A DNA stretch of 64,000 nt, from NCBI GenBank assembly GCA_964630695.1, contig CAZVYZ010000004.1:2787-66786 (forward strand), given 5' to 3'. Origin of the DNA: an uncultured Ruminococcus sp. (lineage in GTDB: Bacteria; Bacillota; Clostridia; Oscillospirales; CAG-272). Positions 37,161 to 46,726 of the stretch are shown here, in pieces. The notes beneath the pieces were generated by a model. The model saw only the letters and a list, made by a program, of their open reading frames with translations, did no database searches and was not told the origin of the DNA. A program made the position numbers and the translations under genes. Each line of letters opens with the position of its first letter. Within the stretch, counting starts at the first letter, position 1.

Positions 37161-37493
37161 ATGTTTGAAAAGAATCTGGAAATCGGTTTCCTGTTGGATT
37201 TTTACGGAGATATCCTTTCCGAGCGGAAACGGACCGTACTTGACTACTATTATAACGACGACCTCTCGCTGTCCGAGATTGCGGAAGAAATCGGCATCTC
37301 CCGTCAGGGGGTACGCGAACTGATTAAAAAAGCAGAGGACGAATTGCTGTTTTACGAGGAAAAGTTGGGACTGGCGGCAAGGTTCCGGCAGGCAGGGGAG
37401 CAGGCAAAACGGCTTCTCGAACTGTTGCGCGAACAGGGCGCCGGCAGTGAGATTATGGAAGCGGCGGAGGACTTGGCGAAGTCGGTCCGCTGA
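37161..37493 (+). CDS. ylxM: YlxM/UPF0122 helix-turn-helix protein
   Basis: LLDFYGDILSERKRTVLDYYYNDDLSLSEIAEEIGISRQGV is present, and the gene lies upstream of ffh. A GTG at 37152 is an alternative start. Confidence 0.8.
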   Translation: MFEKNLEIGFLLDFYGDILSERKRTVLDYYYNDDLSLSEIAEEIGISRQGVRELIKKAEDELLFYEEKLGLAARFRQAGEQAKRLLELLREQGAGSEIMEAAEDLAKSVR

Positions 37494-37501
37494 CGGAGGA
37501 G

Positions 37502-38857
37502 GTGAGTGGCACCGTGTTTGAAAGTCTCGGTGAAAAGTTATCAAACGCATTCAAAAAGTTCCGGAGCAAAGGAAAACTGACCGAAGCCGACGTCAAAGCG
37601 GGCATGCGGGAAATCAAACTCGCATTGCTTGAAGCGGACGTCAACTTCAAAGTGGTCCGTGACTTTATCAAAATCGTATCCGAACGGGCGGTCGGAAGCG
37701 AGGTTCTGGAATCGCTTCTGCCCGCACAGCAAATTGTCAAAATTGTAAACGAGGAACTGACCCGTCTCATGGGCGGCTCGCAATCCAAGTTGACGATTGC
37801 GTCCAAACCGCCGACGGTTATCATGATGGTCGGTTTGCAGGGCGCAGGTAAGACCACACACGCGGGCAAACTCGCCGGACTTTACAAAAAGCAGGGCAAG
37901 AAACCGCTGTTGGTCGCCTGTGACGTGTACCGTCCTGCGGCAATCAAGCAGTTGCAGGTGGTCGGTGAAAAACTGGAGATTCCCGTGTTTACCATGGGCG
38001 ACCAAGTTTCCCCGGTCAAGATTGCAAAAGCGGGCGTTGAATATGCCAACCAAAAAGGGTATGACATGGTGTTCATTGACACCGCCGGACGGTTGCAGAT
38101 TGACGAGGTTCTGATGGAGGAACTGGAGCAGATTAAGGAGGCGGTCAAGCCGACCGAGATTCTGCTGACGGTGGATGCCATGATTGGTCAGGAATCGGTC
38201 AATGTGGCGGAAACGTTCAACAATAAACTGGACATCACGGGCGTGATTCTGACCAAACTCGACGGCGACACGCGCGGCGGCGCGGCGCTTTCCATCCGCT
38301 ATGTAACGGGGAAGCCGATTAAATTCGTCGGAACGGGCGAAAAACTCGACACCATTGAGCCGTTCTATCCGGACCGTATGGCGTCGCGGATTCTCGGCAT
38401 GGGTGACGTGCTGACGCTGATTGACAAGGCACAGGCGGCTTACGACGAGAAACAGGCGGTTGAACTGGAAAAGAAGATGCGGCAGCAGACCTTTACGCTG
38501 GATGACTACCTCGGACAGTTGACGCAACTGAAAAAAATGGGTAACCTCGACCAATTGGTCGGCATGATGCCCGGGATGAATACCAAAGCGCTGAAAGACG
38601 CAAAGGTGGACGAACGGGTGTTGGTGCGGACCGAAGCCATCATCCGCTCCATGACCCCGCGCGAGCGGGAACATCCCGACATCATCAACGCCTCGCGCAA
38701 AAAACGCATTGCGCAGGGGTCGGGAACCTCGGTGGAGGAGGTCAATAAACTGCTCAAGCAGTTCGACCAGATGCTGAAAATGATGCGGCAGTTCACCGAA
38801 ATGGGCAAGACCCGCAAAGGAAAGAAAATGCTCGGCAGAATGAAGATGCCTTTCTGA
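37502..38857 (+). CDS. ffh: Signal recognition particle protein Ffh
   Basis: The protein begins FESLGEKLSNAFKK. It has the G-domain motifs GLQGAGKTT and DTAGR and a Met-rich C-terminal M domain. The true start may be the in-frame GTG at 37514. Confidence 0.92.
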   Translation: MSGTVFESLGEKLSNAFKKFRSKGKLTEADVKAGMREIKLALLEADVNFKVVRDFIKIVSERAVGSEVLESLLPAQQIVKIVNEELTRLMGGSQSKLTIASKPPTVIMMVGLQGAGKTTHAGKLAGLYKKQGKKPLLVACDVYRPAAIKQLQVVGEKLEIPVFTMGDQVSPVKIAKAGVEYANQKGYDMVFIDTAGRLQIDEVLMEELEQIKEAVKPTEILLTVDAMIGQESVNVAETFNNKLDITGVILTKLDGDTRGGAALSIRYVTGKPIKFVGTGEKLDTIEPFYPDRMASRILGMGDVLTLIDKAQAAYDEKQAVELEKKMRQQTFTLDDYLGQLTQLKKMGNLDQLVGMMPGMNTKALKDAKVDERVLVRTEAIIRSMTPREREHPDIINASRKKRIAQGSGTSVEEVNKLLKQFDQMLKMMRQFTEMGKTRKGKKMLGRMKMPF

Positions 38858-38912
38858 TTTCACCGTTCATTCATAAAACCATATTTTATTTATTTTTCGG
38901 AGGAAAAAAACC

Positions 38913-39158
38913 ATGGCAGTAAAAATGAGACTCACCAGAATTGGCGCAAAGAAGGCTCCGTTCTACCGCGTTATCGTCGCGGACAGCCGTTCGCCCAGAG
39001 ACGGACGCTTCATCGACACAATCGGTACCTACAACCCGCTGACCAATCCCGTTGAGATTAAAATCGACGCGGAAAAGGCGAAAAAGTGGCTCGGAAACGG
39101 CGCACAGCCGACCGAAACCGTCAAAGCGCTTCTGAAAAAGAGCGGAATCGTTGACTGA
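38913..39158 (+). CDS. rpsP: 30S ribosomal protein S16
   Basis: The protein begins [34 protein letters not shown]. Confidence 0.95.
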   Translation: MAVKMRLTRIGAKKAPFYRVIVADSRSPRDGRFIDTIGTYNPLTNPVEIKIDAEKAKKWLGNGAQPTETVKALLKKSGIVD

Positions 39159-39181
39159 TTTCCGCACAGGAGTAACGCGGT

Positions 39182-39418
39182 ATGGCAAATTTACAGGAAA
39201 CCTTGCTCGATATTGCGAAAGCAATTGTCGATAACCCCGATGAGGTAAAGGTTGTAACCGAAGAGGACGAGCGGTCGATTACACTGACGCTCACGGTTGC
39301 ATCGGATGATACCGGAATGGTCATCGGCAGACACGGAAGGATTGCAAAAGCAATCCGTACGGTCATCAAGGCTGCATCTGCCGGCAGCGGCAAAAAAGTG
39401 AATGTGGAAATTCGTTGA
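39182..39418 (+). CDS. khpA: KH-domain RNA-binding protein (YlqC/KhpA family)
   Basis: The KH GXXG loop in MVIGRHGRIAKAIRTV is present in a 78-aa protein located after rpsP. Confidence 0.8.
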   Translation: MANLQETLLDIAKAIVDNPDEVKVVTEEDERSITLTLTVASDDTGMVIGRHGRIAKAIRTVIKAASAGSGKKVNVEIR

Positions 39419-39426
39419 ATCCGAAA

Positions 39427-39453
39427 AACCGAACGCCTGCCGTTCGGTTTTTC
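39427..39453 (+). terminator. Intrinsic terminator after khpA
   Basis: The stem AACCGAACG/CGTTCGGTT has the loop CCTGC and is followed by a T-run. Confidence 0.75.
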
Positions 39454-39470
39454 CGTTATCAGGAGGAAAA

Positions 39471-40142
39471 ATGGAGGAATCGGATATTTTTCGCTTTCCG
39501 GAAGAATCCGCTCGTGAGGAACGTCTGCGCGGCATGACGGCGCAGGAACTCTCCGCGGCAATGTTCCGTCTTGCAAAAAATCTGCCGTCCGTCACGGATA
39601 TGACGGAAGAGAAGCGGCAGGCAGTGGCGGTTCTGACCGTCCTTGAGCGGGAGACTGCCCGATTTCTCGCATCGGAATGCGGCAAGACCGACGTATTCGG
39701 ACATTTGCGGAACAGCGACGGCTTTTACGCGGACTTTTGCGAAATGCAATCGGTTGTAAGAGAGGGAATCGGGCGTCTGGAGGCAATCCAACCGATGGAG
39801 GCGAATTGCCGCCCTGTGGACCGTTACACCGAGTGGGCGGTCACAAGACTTGCGCAAGGGTTGCATCCGGACCCTGCGGTGACCGAAGCCGCAAGCGCAT
39901 TGTCAGCGCGGATTCGGCAGATTCAGGCGGAACAGGCACACGAAAACGAACGCGCCGCGCGTCTGCGGGAATGCCTGCGCGTTTTCCTGCGGGAAACGGT
40001 CCCCGCATACTGCGAGCGTTCTCTGACGCTCTCGGATGCGGCAAACGGCGGAAAATTACCGCGGGCAGGACAACTTTCGGCTTTGGTGGGAGAGTTGAAA
40101 ACAGCAATCTCCGAGACTGTGCGCGCAATCGAGGCAATCTGA
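39471..40142 (+). CDS. Hypothetical, apparently helix-rich soluble protein (223 aa) with no recognisable motif
   Basis: The ATG lies 5 nt after AGGAGG and opens a long ORF with codon usage like its neighbours. I recognise no family signature. Confidence 0.5.
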   Translation: MEESDIFRFPEESAREERLRGMTAQELSAAMFRLAKNLPSVTDMTEEKRQAVAVLTVLERETARFLASECGKTDVFGHLRNSDGFYADFCEMQSVVREGIGRLEAIQPMEANCRPVDRYTEWAVTRLAQGLHPDPAVTEAASALSARIRQIQAEQAHENERAARLRECLRVFLRETVPAYCERSLTLSDAANGGKLPRAGQLSALVGELKTAISETVRAIEAI

Positions 40143-40154
40143 CCGTCTGACAAC

Positions 40155-40183
40155 TTGACAAAGCGCGGAAACTGTGTTACAAT
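40155..40183 (+). promoter_or_regulatory. glpK promoter
   Basis: TTGACA (40155..40160), a 17-nt spacer and TACAAT (40178..40183). Confidence 0.6.
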
Positions 40184-40217
40184 AGAGGTACAGTACAACG
40201 ATTCGGAGGTTTACGCT

Positions 40218-41711
40218 ATGAAGCCTTATTTGTTGGCGCTCGACCAAGGGACAACCGGTTCACGCTGTATTCTATTTGACAGAAACGGAGCGATTCGGTC
40301 CCGAATCCATCGCGAATTCCGTCAGTTCTACCCACAGGACGGTTGGGTGGAGCAGGACGCCACCGAAATTCTTGCATCGCAGATGGGCGTTGCGGTGGAA
40401 GCCATGCTCCGTGCGGGAATCGGCGCGGATGAGATTGCGGCAATCGGCATTACCAATCAGAGAGAAACGGTCGTCGTTTGGGACCGCACTACCGGAAAGC
40501 CAATCTGTCCCGCAATCGTCTGGCAGTGCAGGCGGACGGCGGAACGCTGTGCGGAACTGAAACGGCAGGGACTGGAGCCGATGATTCACGAAAAGACAGG
40601 GCTGATTGCAGACCCGTATTTCTCGGCGACCAAACTGCAATGGATTCTGGAGAATATTCCCGACGCACGCCGCCGTGCCGAGGCGGGGGAACTCTGCTTC
40701 GGCACGGTGGACAGTTGGCTCGTCTGGAATCTGACGGGCGGGAGCGTCCATGCCACAGACCCATCCAACGCCGCGCGCACCATGCTCTACAATATCCACA
40801 CCGGACAATGGGACCGTGACCTGCTCGACCTATTCGGAATACCGGAAGCAATCCTGCCCGAGGTCAAACCGTCATCCGGCATTTTCGGTTATACGTCGGA
40901 GCATCTCTTCGGGGAGCGCATCCCGATTGCGGGGGTGGCGGGTGACCAGCAGGCGGCGCTGTTCGGGCAGGGGTGCTTTGAAGCGGGCGACGTCAAAAAC
41001 ACTTACGGAACCGGCGGATTTTTGCTGATGAACACAGGTTCGGTTCCGGTTGAATCCCGCGCGGGCCTTTTGACAACGGTCGGTTGGCAAATCGCGGACC
41101 GCACCACTTACGTATTGGAGGGGTCGGTCTTTGTATGCGGCGCGGTGATTCAGTGGCTGCGGGACGGACTGCATTTGTTTGAAAAAGCAAGCGACACCGA
41201 GCGCATGGCAACCGCGGTATCCGACAGCGCAGGCGTTTATCTGGTCCCTGCGTTTGTCGGACTCGGCGCGCCGTACTGGGACCCGTTCGCGCGCGGCTCG
41301 ATTCAGGGACTGACCCGTGCGGTGACCGCGAACCATATCGTGCGCGCGGCACTGGAATCCATGGCATACCAGACCGCAGACGTCCTTGACGCAATGCGGC
41401 ATGACATGAACGCCCCCATCGGAACCATCCGCGTGGACGGCGGCGCGGCGGCAAACGATTTTCTTCTGCAATTCCAGAGTGACATTCTGGGCGTGTCACT
41501 TTCCCGTCCGGACTGCGTGGAAACAACCGCCAAAGGAGCGGCAAGTCTTGCGGGATTGGCAATCGGATACTACCGTGACCTTTCCGAACTGAGAGAAACC
41601 TGGAGAGCCGGCAAGTGTTTCGCGCCGCAGATGCACGAAGAGGAGCGGAAAAAGCGGCTTGCGGGATGGCATCAGGCGGTAGACCGCTCCCGCAACTGGA
41701 TAAACGGGTAG
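40218..41711 (+). CDS. glpK: Glycerol kinase
   Basis: LALDQGTTGSRCILFD, ITNQRETVVVWD and GDQQAALFGQ motifs are present. Confidence 0.92.
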   Translation: MKPYLLALDQGTTGSRCILFDRNGAIRSRIHREFRQFYPQDGWVEQDATEILASQMGVAVEAMLRAGIGADEIAAIGITNQRETVVVWDRTTGKPICPAIVWQCRRTAERCAELKRQGLEPMIHEKTGLIADPYFSATKLQWILENIPDARRRAEAGELCFGTVDSWLVWNLTGGSVHATDPSNAARTMLYNIHTGQWDRDLLDLFGIPEAILPEVKPSSGIFGYTSEHLFGERIPIAGVAGDQQAALFGQGCFEAGDVKNTYGTGGFLLMNTGSVPVESRAGLLTTVGWQIADRTTYVLEGSVFVCGAVIQWLRDGLHLFEKASDTERMATAVSDSAGVYLVPAFVGLGAPYWDPFARGSIQGLTRAVTANHIVRAALESMAYQTADVLDAMRHDMNAPIGTIRVDGGAAANDFLLQFQSDILGVSLSRPDCVETTAKGAASLAGLAIGYYRDLSELRETWRAGKCFAPQMHEEERKKRLAGWHQAVDRSRNWING

Positions 41712-41740
41712 AATATTTTGAAGAAAATTGCAAAAAGGAC

Positions 41741-41769
41741 TTGATTTTTCCGGTGGGATGTGATATAAT
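41741..41769 (+). promoter_or_regulatory. tRNA-Leu promoter
   Basis: TTGATT (41741..41746), a 17-nt spacer and TATAAT (41764..41769), located 13 nt before the tRNA. Confidence 0.6.
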
Positions 41770-41782
41770 ATATCCGTTGCCC

Positions 41783-41869
41783 GCCGGTATGATGGAATTG
41801 GCAGACGTGCTGGACTCAAAATCCAGTGGTAGCGATACCGTGTCGGTTCGACCCCGACTACCGGCACCA
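41783..41869 (+). tRNA. tRNA-Leu (anticodon CAA), class II with a long variable arm and encoded CCA
   Basis: Manual fold: acceptor GCCGGTA/TACCGGC, anticodon stem CTGGA/TCCAG with loop CTCAAAA, T arm GTCGG-TTCGACC-CCGAC, then ACCA. Confidence 0.9.
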
Positions 41870-41874
41870 AAAGA

Positions 41875-41912
41875 AACCTGCCGCCCAAAAGTTTATCGGG
41901 CGGCAGGTTTTT
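41875..41912 (+). terminator. Intrinsic terminator after tRNA-Leu
   Basis: A 12-bp stem AACCTGCCGCCC/GGGCGGCAGGTT is followed by TTTTT. Confidence 0.8.
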
Positions 41913-41932
41913 GTTTGTTTCGGAGGTGTCCG

Positions 41933-43213
41933 ATGGATGACAGGATGTATCTTTGCATCGACCTCAAAAGTTTTTTCGCCTCCGTGGAATGTGCCGAACG
42001 CGGGCTCGACACCATGACAACGCGGCTTGTCGTCGCGGACCCGTCCCGCGGGCGGGGAGCCATCTGTCTGGCGGTCTCTCCCGCACTCAAGAATCTGGGT
42101 GTGCGGAACCGATGCAGAATCTATGAGATTCCCGATGGAATCGATTATATCACGGCGCTCCCGCGGATGAAACTGTATATGGAATACGCGGCGCGCATTT
42201 ATTCGGTCTACCTGCGCTATATCAGCCCCGAGGACATCCATGTATATTCCATTGACGAATGCTTTCTGGACATCACTTCCTACCGCAGGTTATACGACAA
42301 AAACGAGCGGGAAATGGCAAAAATGCTGACCGATGCGGTGTACCGCGAAACGGGCGGCATCTGCGCGACGGTCGGAATCGGGACAAACCTCTTTCTGGCA
42401 AAGGTTGCGCTTGATATTACGGCAAAGCACGCGCCGGACCGCGTCGGGTATCTGGACGAAGCGGAATTCCGTCGGACGGTGTGGTATCACCAACCGCTGA
42501 CGGACATCTGGAACGTCGGTCACGGCATCGCGAAGCGGCTTGAAAAAATGGGCATTTTCGACCTGCGCGGCGTTGCGGAATGTGAAGAAGCAAAACTCTA
42601 CCGTGAATTCGGCGTCAATGCGGAATTTCTGATTGACCACGCGCACGGGCGCGAGCCGTGTACCATCGCGGACATTCACGCCTACGCCGCAAAAAGCGAA
42701 TCCGTCTCAAACGGACAGATTCTGTTTGAGGATTACCGCTTTGAGGACGCGCTGACGGTACTCAAGGAAATGGTGGACCCTCTGGTTCTGGAACTGATTG
42801 AGCGGCACAAAGTCACCGATTCCATCAGTCTCTCGGTCGGTTATTCGCGGGACATGCGCGGGTCGGCGGGCGGTACGGTGAAAATCGGCGGCTACACCAA
42901 TTCCGCCAAGAAAATCCGCCGTGCGTTCGTGGATTGCTTTCGCAGGACCGTCAACCCCAATTATCCGATTCGCCGCATCAACGTGGGGCTGAACGACCTG
43001 CAGGACGAATCCTATGCCACTTTGGATTTGTTTACCGACGTTGACTCGGAGAAGCGGGAACTGGAACTCCAGAAAACGGTTCTGGGACTGCGGAAAAAGT
43101 TCGGAAAAAACGCAATCCTGCACGGAATCAGTCTCGGTGAAAAGGCGACCGCAAGGATGCGGAACCGTCTGATTGGAGGACACAACAGTGGAGAAGAAAC
43201 CAAGCAACCCTGA
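41933..43213 (+). CDS. Y-family (UmuC/DinB-like) translesion DNA polymerase
   Basis: The protein begins MYLCIDLKSFFASVECAERGLD and contains YSIDECFLD and GIGTNLFLAKVALD motifs. The ORF upstream of 41933 runs through the tRNA and is not coding. Confidence 0.85.
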   Translation: MDDRMYLCIDLKSFFASVECAERGLDTMTTRLVVADPSRGRGAICLAVSPALKNLGVRNRCRIYEIPDGIDYITALPRMKLYMEYAARIYSVYLRYISPEDIHVYSIDECFLDITSYRRLYDKNEREMAKMLTDAVYRETGGICATVGIGTNLFLAKVALDITAKHAPDRVGYLDEAEFRRTVWYHQPLTDIWNVGHGIAKRLEKMGIFDLRGVAECEEAKLYREFGVNAEFLIDHAHGREPCTIADIHAYAAKSESVSNGQILFEDYRFEDALTVLKEMVDPLVLELIERHKVTDSISLSVGYSRDMRGSAGGTVKIGGYTNSAKKIRRAFVDCFRRTVNPNYPIRRINVGLNDLQDESYATLDLFTDVDSEKRELELQKTVLGLRKKFGKNAILHGISLGEKATARMRNRLIGGHNSGEETKQP

Positions 43214-43514
43214 CCGCGCGCGACAATTCATGCCGTTTGCGGCGTTGCGCGGGTTTGAAGAACTGATTCGCGAGCAGGAGAGGAAACCGGAGCCGCGGCG
43301 GACACTCTCCGAGGAGGATGCGGCGGCGCTCTCGCGCAGACTCTCGCAGGTCGAACGCGGCAACGTGGTGCGCGTCACGCATTACGACGGAAACGCCTAC
43401 AAAACAACGGTCGGTATGGTATCGGATATTGATTTTGCGACCCGCAGTCTGCGAATCGTCAAAACCGTCATCCGATTCGACGATATATCGGGAATTTCGG
43501 AACTCAACTCCTGA
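43188..43514 (+). CDS. YolD-like protein (proposed UmuD-equivalent partner of Y-family polymerases)
   Basis: The FMPFAALRGF motif is present in a protein of about 108 aa that overlaps the 3' end of the polymerase gene. The GTG at 43188 lies 7 nt after GGAGGA, and a TTG at 43173 is an alternative start. Confidence 0.6.
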   Translation: MEKKPSNPDRARQFMPFAALRGFEELIREQERKPEPRRTLSEEDAAALSRRLSQVERGNVVRVTHYDGNAYKTTVGMVSDIDFATRSLRIVKTVIRFDDISGISELNS

Positions 43515-43526
43515 AAGGAAACAGAT

Positions 43527-44459
43527 ATGAAAACGATTTACACGGTTACACTCAATCCTGCGTTCGATTTGCACTATCGGATGGCACATTTCGAGGCGCA
43601 GAAGGAAAACTACGTTGACAGCATCCTCTGCGACGCAGGCGGAAAAGGCATCAACATTTCCCGTGCGTTAAAAGTCAACGGGACCGACAGCACCGCATTC
43701 GTCATTCTCGGGGACGAAAACGGCGCGGCATTTGAGGCACAACTGAAGCGGGACGGTCTGCACTATGCACCGATTCGCACGGCGGGGCGCATCCGCGAGA
43801 ACATCACCCTGCATCCCGCTGACAGTCGGGAAACGCGCATCAGTCTGGATACGTTTCGGGTAACCCCCGAAGTTCTGCACAGTCTGGAGAAAAACGTGCT
43901 TGATACCTGCCGTGCGGGCGACCTGCTTGCGTTTGCGGGAAGAAATCCAAAGGGCTTGGAAAAAGCGGAGGTCATTGTGTTTTTGCGTCGGCTCATTGCA
44001 AGCGGCGTGCGCGTGATTGTGGATTCCAACTCCTTTACTCCGGAGGACTTGAGCGAAATTCACCCGTGGCTCATCAAGCCGAATGAGCAGGAAATCGTCT
44101 CGTTCCTCGGAACGTCCGTTGAAAATGCACAGGATGCGGCGCACGCTGCGGCGGAGTTGGTGAAGCGCGGCGTGGCGGAAGAGGTCATGATTAGCCTTGG
44201 CGGAGACGGCGCGGTCTGGTCGGACGGGCAGGACGCGTTGATTCTGTCCGTGCCGAAACTGGCGCACCCCGTTTCCACAATCGGCGCGGGGGACAGCACG
44301 TTGGCGGGCGTTCTGCACGCAACCGCACGGGGTCTGGACCGTGAAACCGTCCTGCGCACGGCGGTCTCGTTCGGCACCGCCGCCTGCATGACCGAGGGAA
44401 CCCTGCCGCCGAAACCCGAGGACGTCAGAGCGGTTTTCGAGAAAACAAGGGTGATGTAA
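43527..44459 (+). CDS. pfkB: PfkB-family sugar-phosphate kinase (1-phosphofructokinase-like)
   Basis: TVTLNPAFD, GGKGINISR and GAGDSTLAG motifs are present. Confidence 0.8.
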   Translation: MKTIYTVTLNPAFDLHYRMAHFEAQKENYVDSILCDAGGKGINISRALKVNGTDSTAFVILGDENGAAFEAQLKRDGLHYAPIRTAGRIRENITLHPADSRETRISLDTFRVTPEVLHSLEKNVLDTCRAGDLLAFAGRNPKGLEKAEVIVFLRRLIASGVRVIVDSNSFTPEDLSEIHPWLIKPNEQEIVSFLGTSVENAQDAAHAAAELVKRGVAEEVMISLGGDGAVWSDGQDALILSVPKLAHPVSTIGAGDSTLAGVLHATARGLDRETVLRTAVSFGTAACMTEGTLPPKPEDVRAVFEKTRVM

Positions 44460-44579
44460 GCCGTCGGAAATCGGAAAATCACCGCAAAAGTATTTTATTT
44501 ACAAAAAAGGTGTTTACAAACGGCGCGATTTGTAGTAAAATAAAAGGGAATAGGACAACAGTAGAAGGAGCCTTGATTT

Positions 44580-45299
44580 ATGGATATGCAACCGAAATAC
44601 CGCAGGGTATTGCTCAAACTGTCGGGCGAGGCGCTTGCCGCGGGAGCCGACGGAATTCTGAACTTTGATTTTACCGCGCAGGTCGCCGCACAGATTAAGC
44701 GCTGCGTCGATGCGGGCGTGCAGGTCGCGGTCGTGGTCGGTGCGGGAAACATCTGGCGCGGCAGACAGGGGACCGACATGGACCGTGTCCGTGCGGACCA
44801 TATGGGAATGCTTGCAACCGTTATCAACTCCATCGCGCTTCAGGATGCGTTCATTCACGCGGGTATGGAAGCGGTTGTCATGACCTCGGTTGACATTCAT
44901 GCCTTTGCGGATACATACACGGCGCGCGACGCGATTGCCGCGTTGGAAGACGGCAAGGTCGTCATTTTCGGCGGCGGGCTTGGCGTTCCGTATTTCTCAA
45001 CCGACACCACGGCTGTCCTGCGCGCGGCGGAAATTCACGCCGACTGCGTATTGATGGCGAAGAACATCGACGCTATCTACAGCGCAGATCCGAGAAAAGA
45101 CCCGAATGCGGTCCGCTACAGCGAGTTGACCTACCGCCGGATTATCGACCAAAACCTCAAAGCGCTTGACCTCTCCGCCATGATTTTCTGCATGGAAAAC
45201 GACGTGAACGGCTACGCTTTCGGACTTGCAGACCCCGAAAACATTTACCGCGTTGTCATGGGCGAGCCTGTCGGCACCCTGATTCATAACAAAGACTGA
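44580..45299 (+). CDS. pyrH: UMP kinase
   Basis: YRRVLLKLSGEAL and GAGNIWRG motifs are present. Confidence 0.92.
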   Translation: MDMQPKYRRVLLKLSGEALAAGADGILNFDFTAQVAAQIKRCVDAGVQVAVVVGAGNIWRGRQGTDMDRVRADHMGMLATVINSIALQDAFIHAGMEAVVMTSVDIHAFADTYTARDAIAALEDGKVVIFGGGLGVPYFSTDTTAVLRAAEIHADCVLMAKNIDAIYSADPRKDPNAVRYSELTYRRIIDQNLKALDLSAMIFCMENDVNGYAFGLADPENIYRVVMGEPVGTLIHNKD

Positions 45300-45334
45300 A
45301 TACCCCAACACTCAGGAAAGGATTGGATGAGATT

Positions 45335-45889
45335 ATGAAGTACAATACCAAACAGACCGAAGAAAAAATGCAGAAAAGCATTGCCGCTTACGAAAGCAAT
45401 CTTTCCACCATCCGCGCAAGTCAGGCAAACGCCGCCATCGTGTCCAAGGTGACGTTTGAATACTACGGCGCACCGACCCGCATTGTGGACATGGCGTCTG
45501 TGACCGTGACCGACCCCAAGACCCTGACCATTTCTCCCTACGACCGCTCCACCCTCAAGCCGATGGTGAAAGCGATTCTGGCGTCTGACATCGGCATCAC
45601 GCCGAGCGACGACGGCAGTGTGATTCGCCTGATTTTCCCGCAACTGACCGAGGAACACCGCAAGGAACTGACCAAGCAGATTCAGAAAATGGGTGAGGAA
45701 GCGCGCGTTGCCATCCGGAACGTCCGCCGCGAAGCGAACGATGACATCAAAAAGCAGAAAAAGGACGGCGAGATGACGGAGGACGAACAGAAAGCAAGTG
45801 AGAAATCCGTGCAGGACCTGACCGACAAGTACATCAAACAAGTAGATGACATTACCGCAAAGAAAGACAAGGAGATTATGCAGGTCTGA
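45335..45889 (+). CDS. frr: Ribosome recycling factor
   Basis: LSTIRASQANAAIVSKV and IRNVRREANDDIKK are present. A TTG at 45323 is an alternative start. Confidence 0.9.
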   Translation: MKYNTKQTEEKMQKSIAAYESNLSTIRASQANAAIVSKVTFEYYGAPTRIVDMASVTVTDPKTLTISPYDRSTLKPMVKAILASDIGITPSDDGSVIRLIFPQLTEEHRKELTKQIQKMGEEARVAIRNVRREANDDIKKQKKDGEMTEDEQKASEKSVQDLTDKYIKQVDDITAKKDKEIMQV

Positions 45890-45909
45890 CGGCGGCGTTT
45901 CTGCGATTC

Positions 45910-45948
45910 TCCGGCGGGCGCCGCAAAACGGTTCCCGCCGGATTTTTT
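45910..45948 (+). terminator. Hairpin with a T6 tract between frr and uppS (partial terminator)
   Basis: The stem TCCGGCGGG (45910..45918) pairs with CCCGCCGGA (45934..45942) and is followed by TTTTTT. Confidence 0.55.
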
Positions 45949-45958
45949 GGAGTCAATC

Positions 45959-46696
45959 ATGTTTTTCCACAAAAAGAAAAAAGAAGCAGCGGGGATTCCC
46001 GACCTCTCGGACGGGAGACTGCGGCACATCGCGTTCATCATGGACGGAAACGGCAGATGGGCGAAAAAGCGCGGGATGCCGCGCGAATACGGTCACAAAC
46101 GGGGAGCGGAGAATTTCCGCCGAATCGGGCGGTACTGTGAATCCATCGGATTGCAATATATGACCGTTTACGCCTTTTCCACCGAAAACTGGAAACGTCC
46201 CGAGCATGAAGTTTCGGCGCTGATGGGACTTCTGGACGATTATATTGAAGAATTCTTCCGCGAAATGGACAAAGAGCGGATTCATCTGCGTTTCGTTGGC
46301 GACCTTTCGGCTTTTCCGGACGCATTGCGGGAAAAGATGGAGCGGATTGACCGCGAGACGGCAGACCGTTCGTTCCTGCTCAACATCGCGGTCAATTACG
46401 GCGGCAGAGCGGAAATCGTTCACGCCTGCAACGAACTGATTCGCAAGGGGAAACAGACCGTGACCGAGGAGGATATATCCGCGAGTCTTTACACGGCGGG
46501 ATGCCCCGACCCTGACCTGATTGTCCGCACCGGCGGCGATTTGCGGTCCTCCAATTTCCTGCTCTGGCAGTCCGCATATGCGGAATACTATTTTACCGAT
46601 ACGCTATGGCCCGACTATACCGAGCGGGACGTGGACGAGGCGGTCCGCGCATTTCTCGGTCGCAAACGCCGCTTTGGCGGGGTAAAAAACGTCTGA
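45959..46696 (+). CDS. uppS: Undecaprenyl-diphosphate synthase (isoprenyl transferase)
   Basis: HIAFIMDGNGRWA and FSTENWKRP motifs are present. The ATG lies 6 nt after GGAG. The ORF opens with TTG at 45947. Confidence 0.9.
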   Translation: MFFHKKKKEAAGIPDLSDGRLRHIAFIMDGNGRWAKKRGMPREYGHKRGAENFRRIGRYCESIGLQYMTVYAFSTENWKRPEHEVSALMGLLDDYIEEFFREMDKERIHLRFVGDLSAFPDALREKMERIDRETADRSFLLNIAVNYGGRAEIVHACNELIRKGKQTVTEEDISASLYTAGCPDPDLIVRTGGDLRSSNFLLWQSAYAEYYFTDTLWPDYTERDVDEAVRAFLGRKRRFGGVKNV

Positions 46697-46726
46697 ACTG
46701 AAAACTGAAACTGAAAGGGATTCGCT

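Noticed and set aside
41870-41932. A LexA/DinR SOS box in front of the Y-family polymerase.
   Set aside because: No CGAAC-N4-GTTCG-like sequence is present. The interval is occupied by the tRNA terminator.
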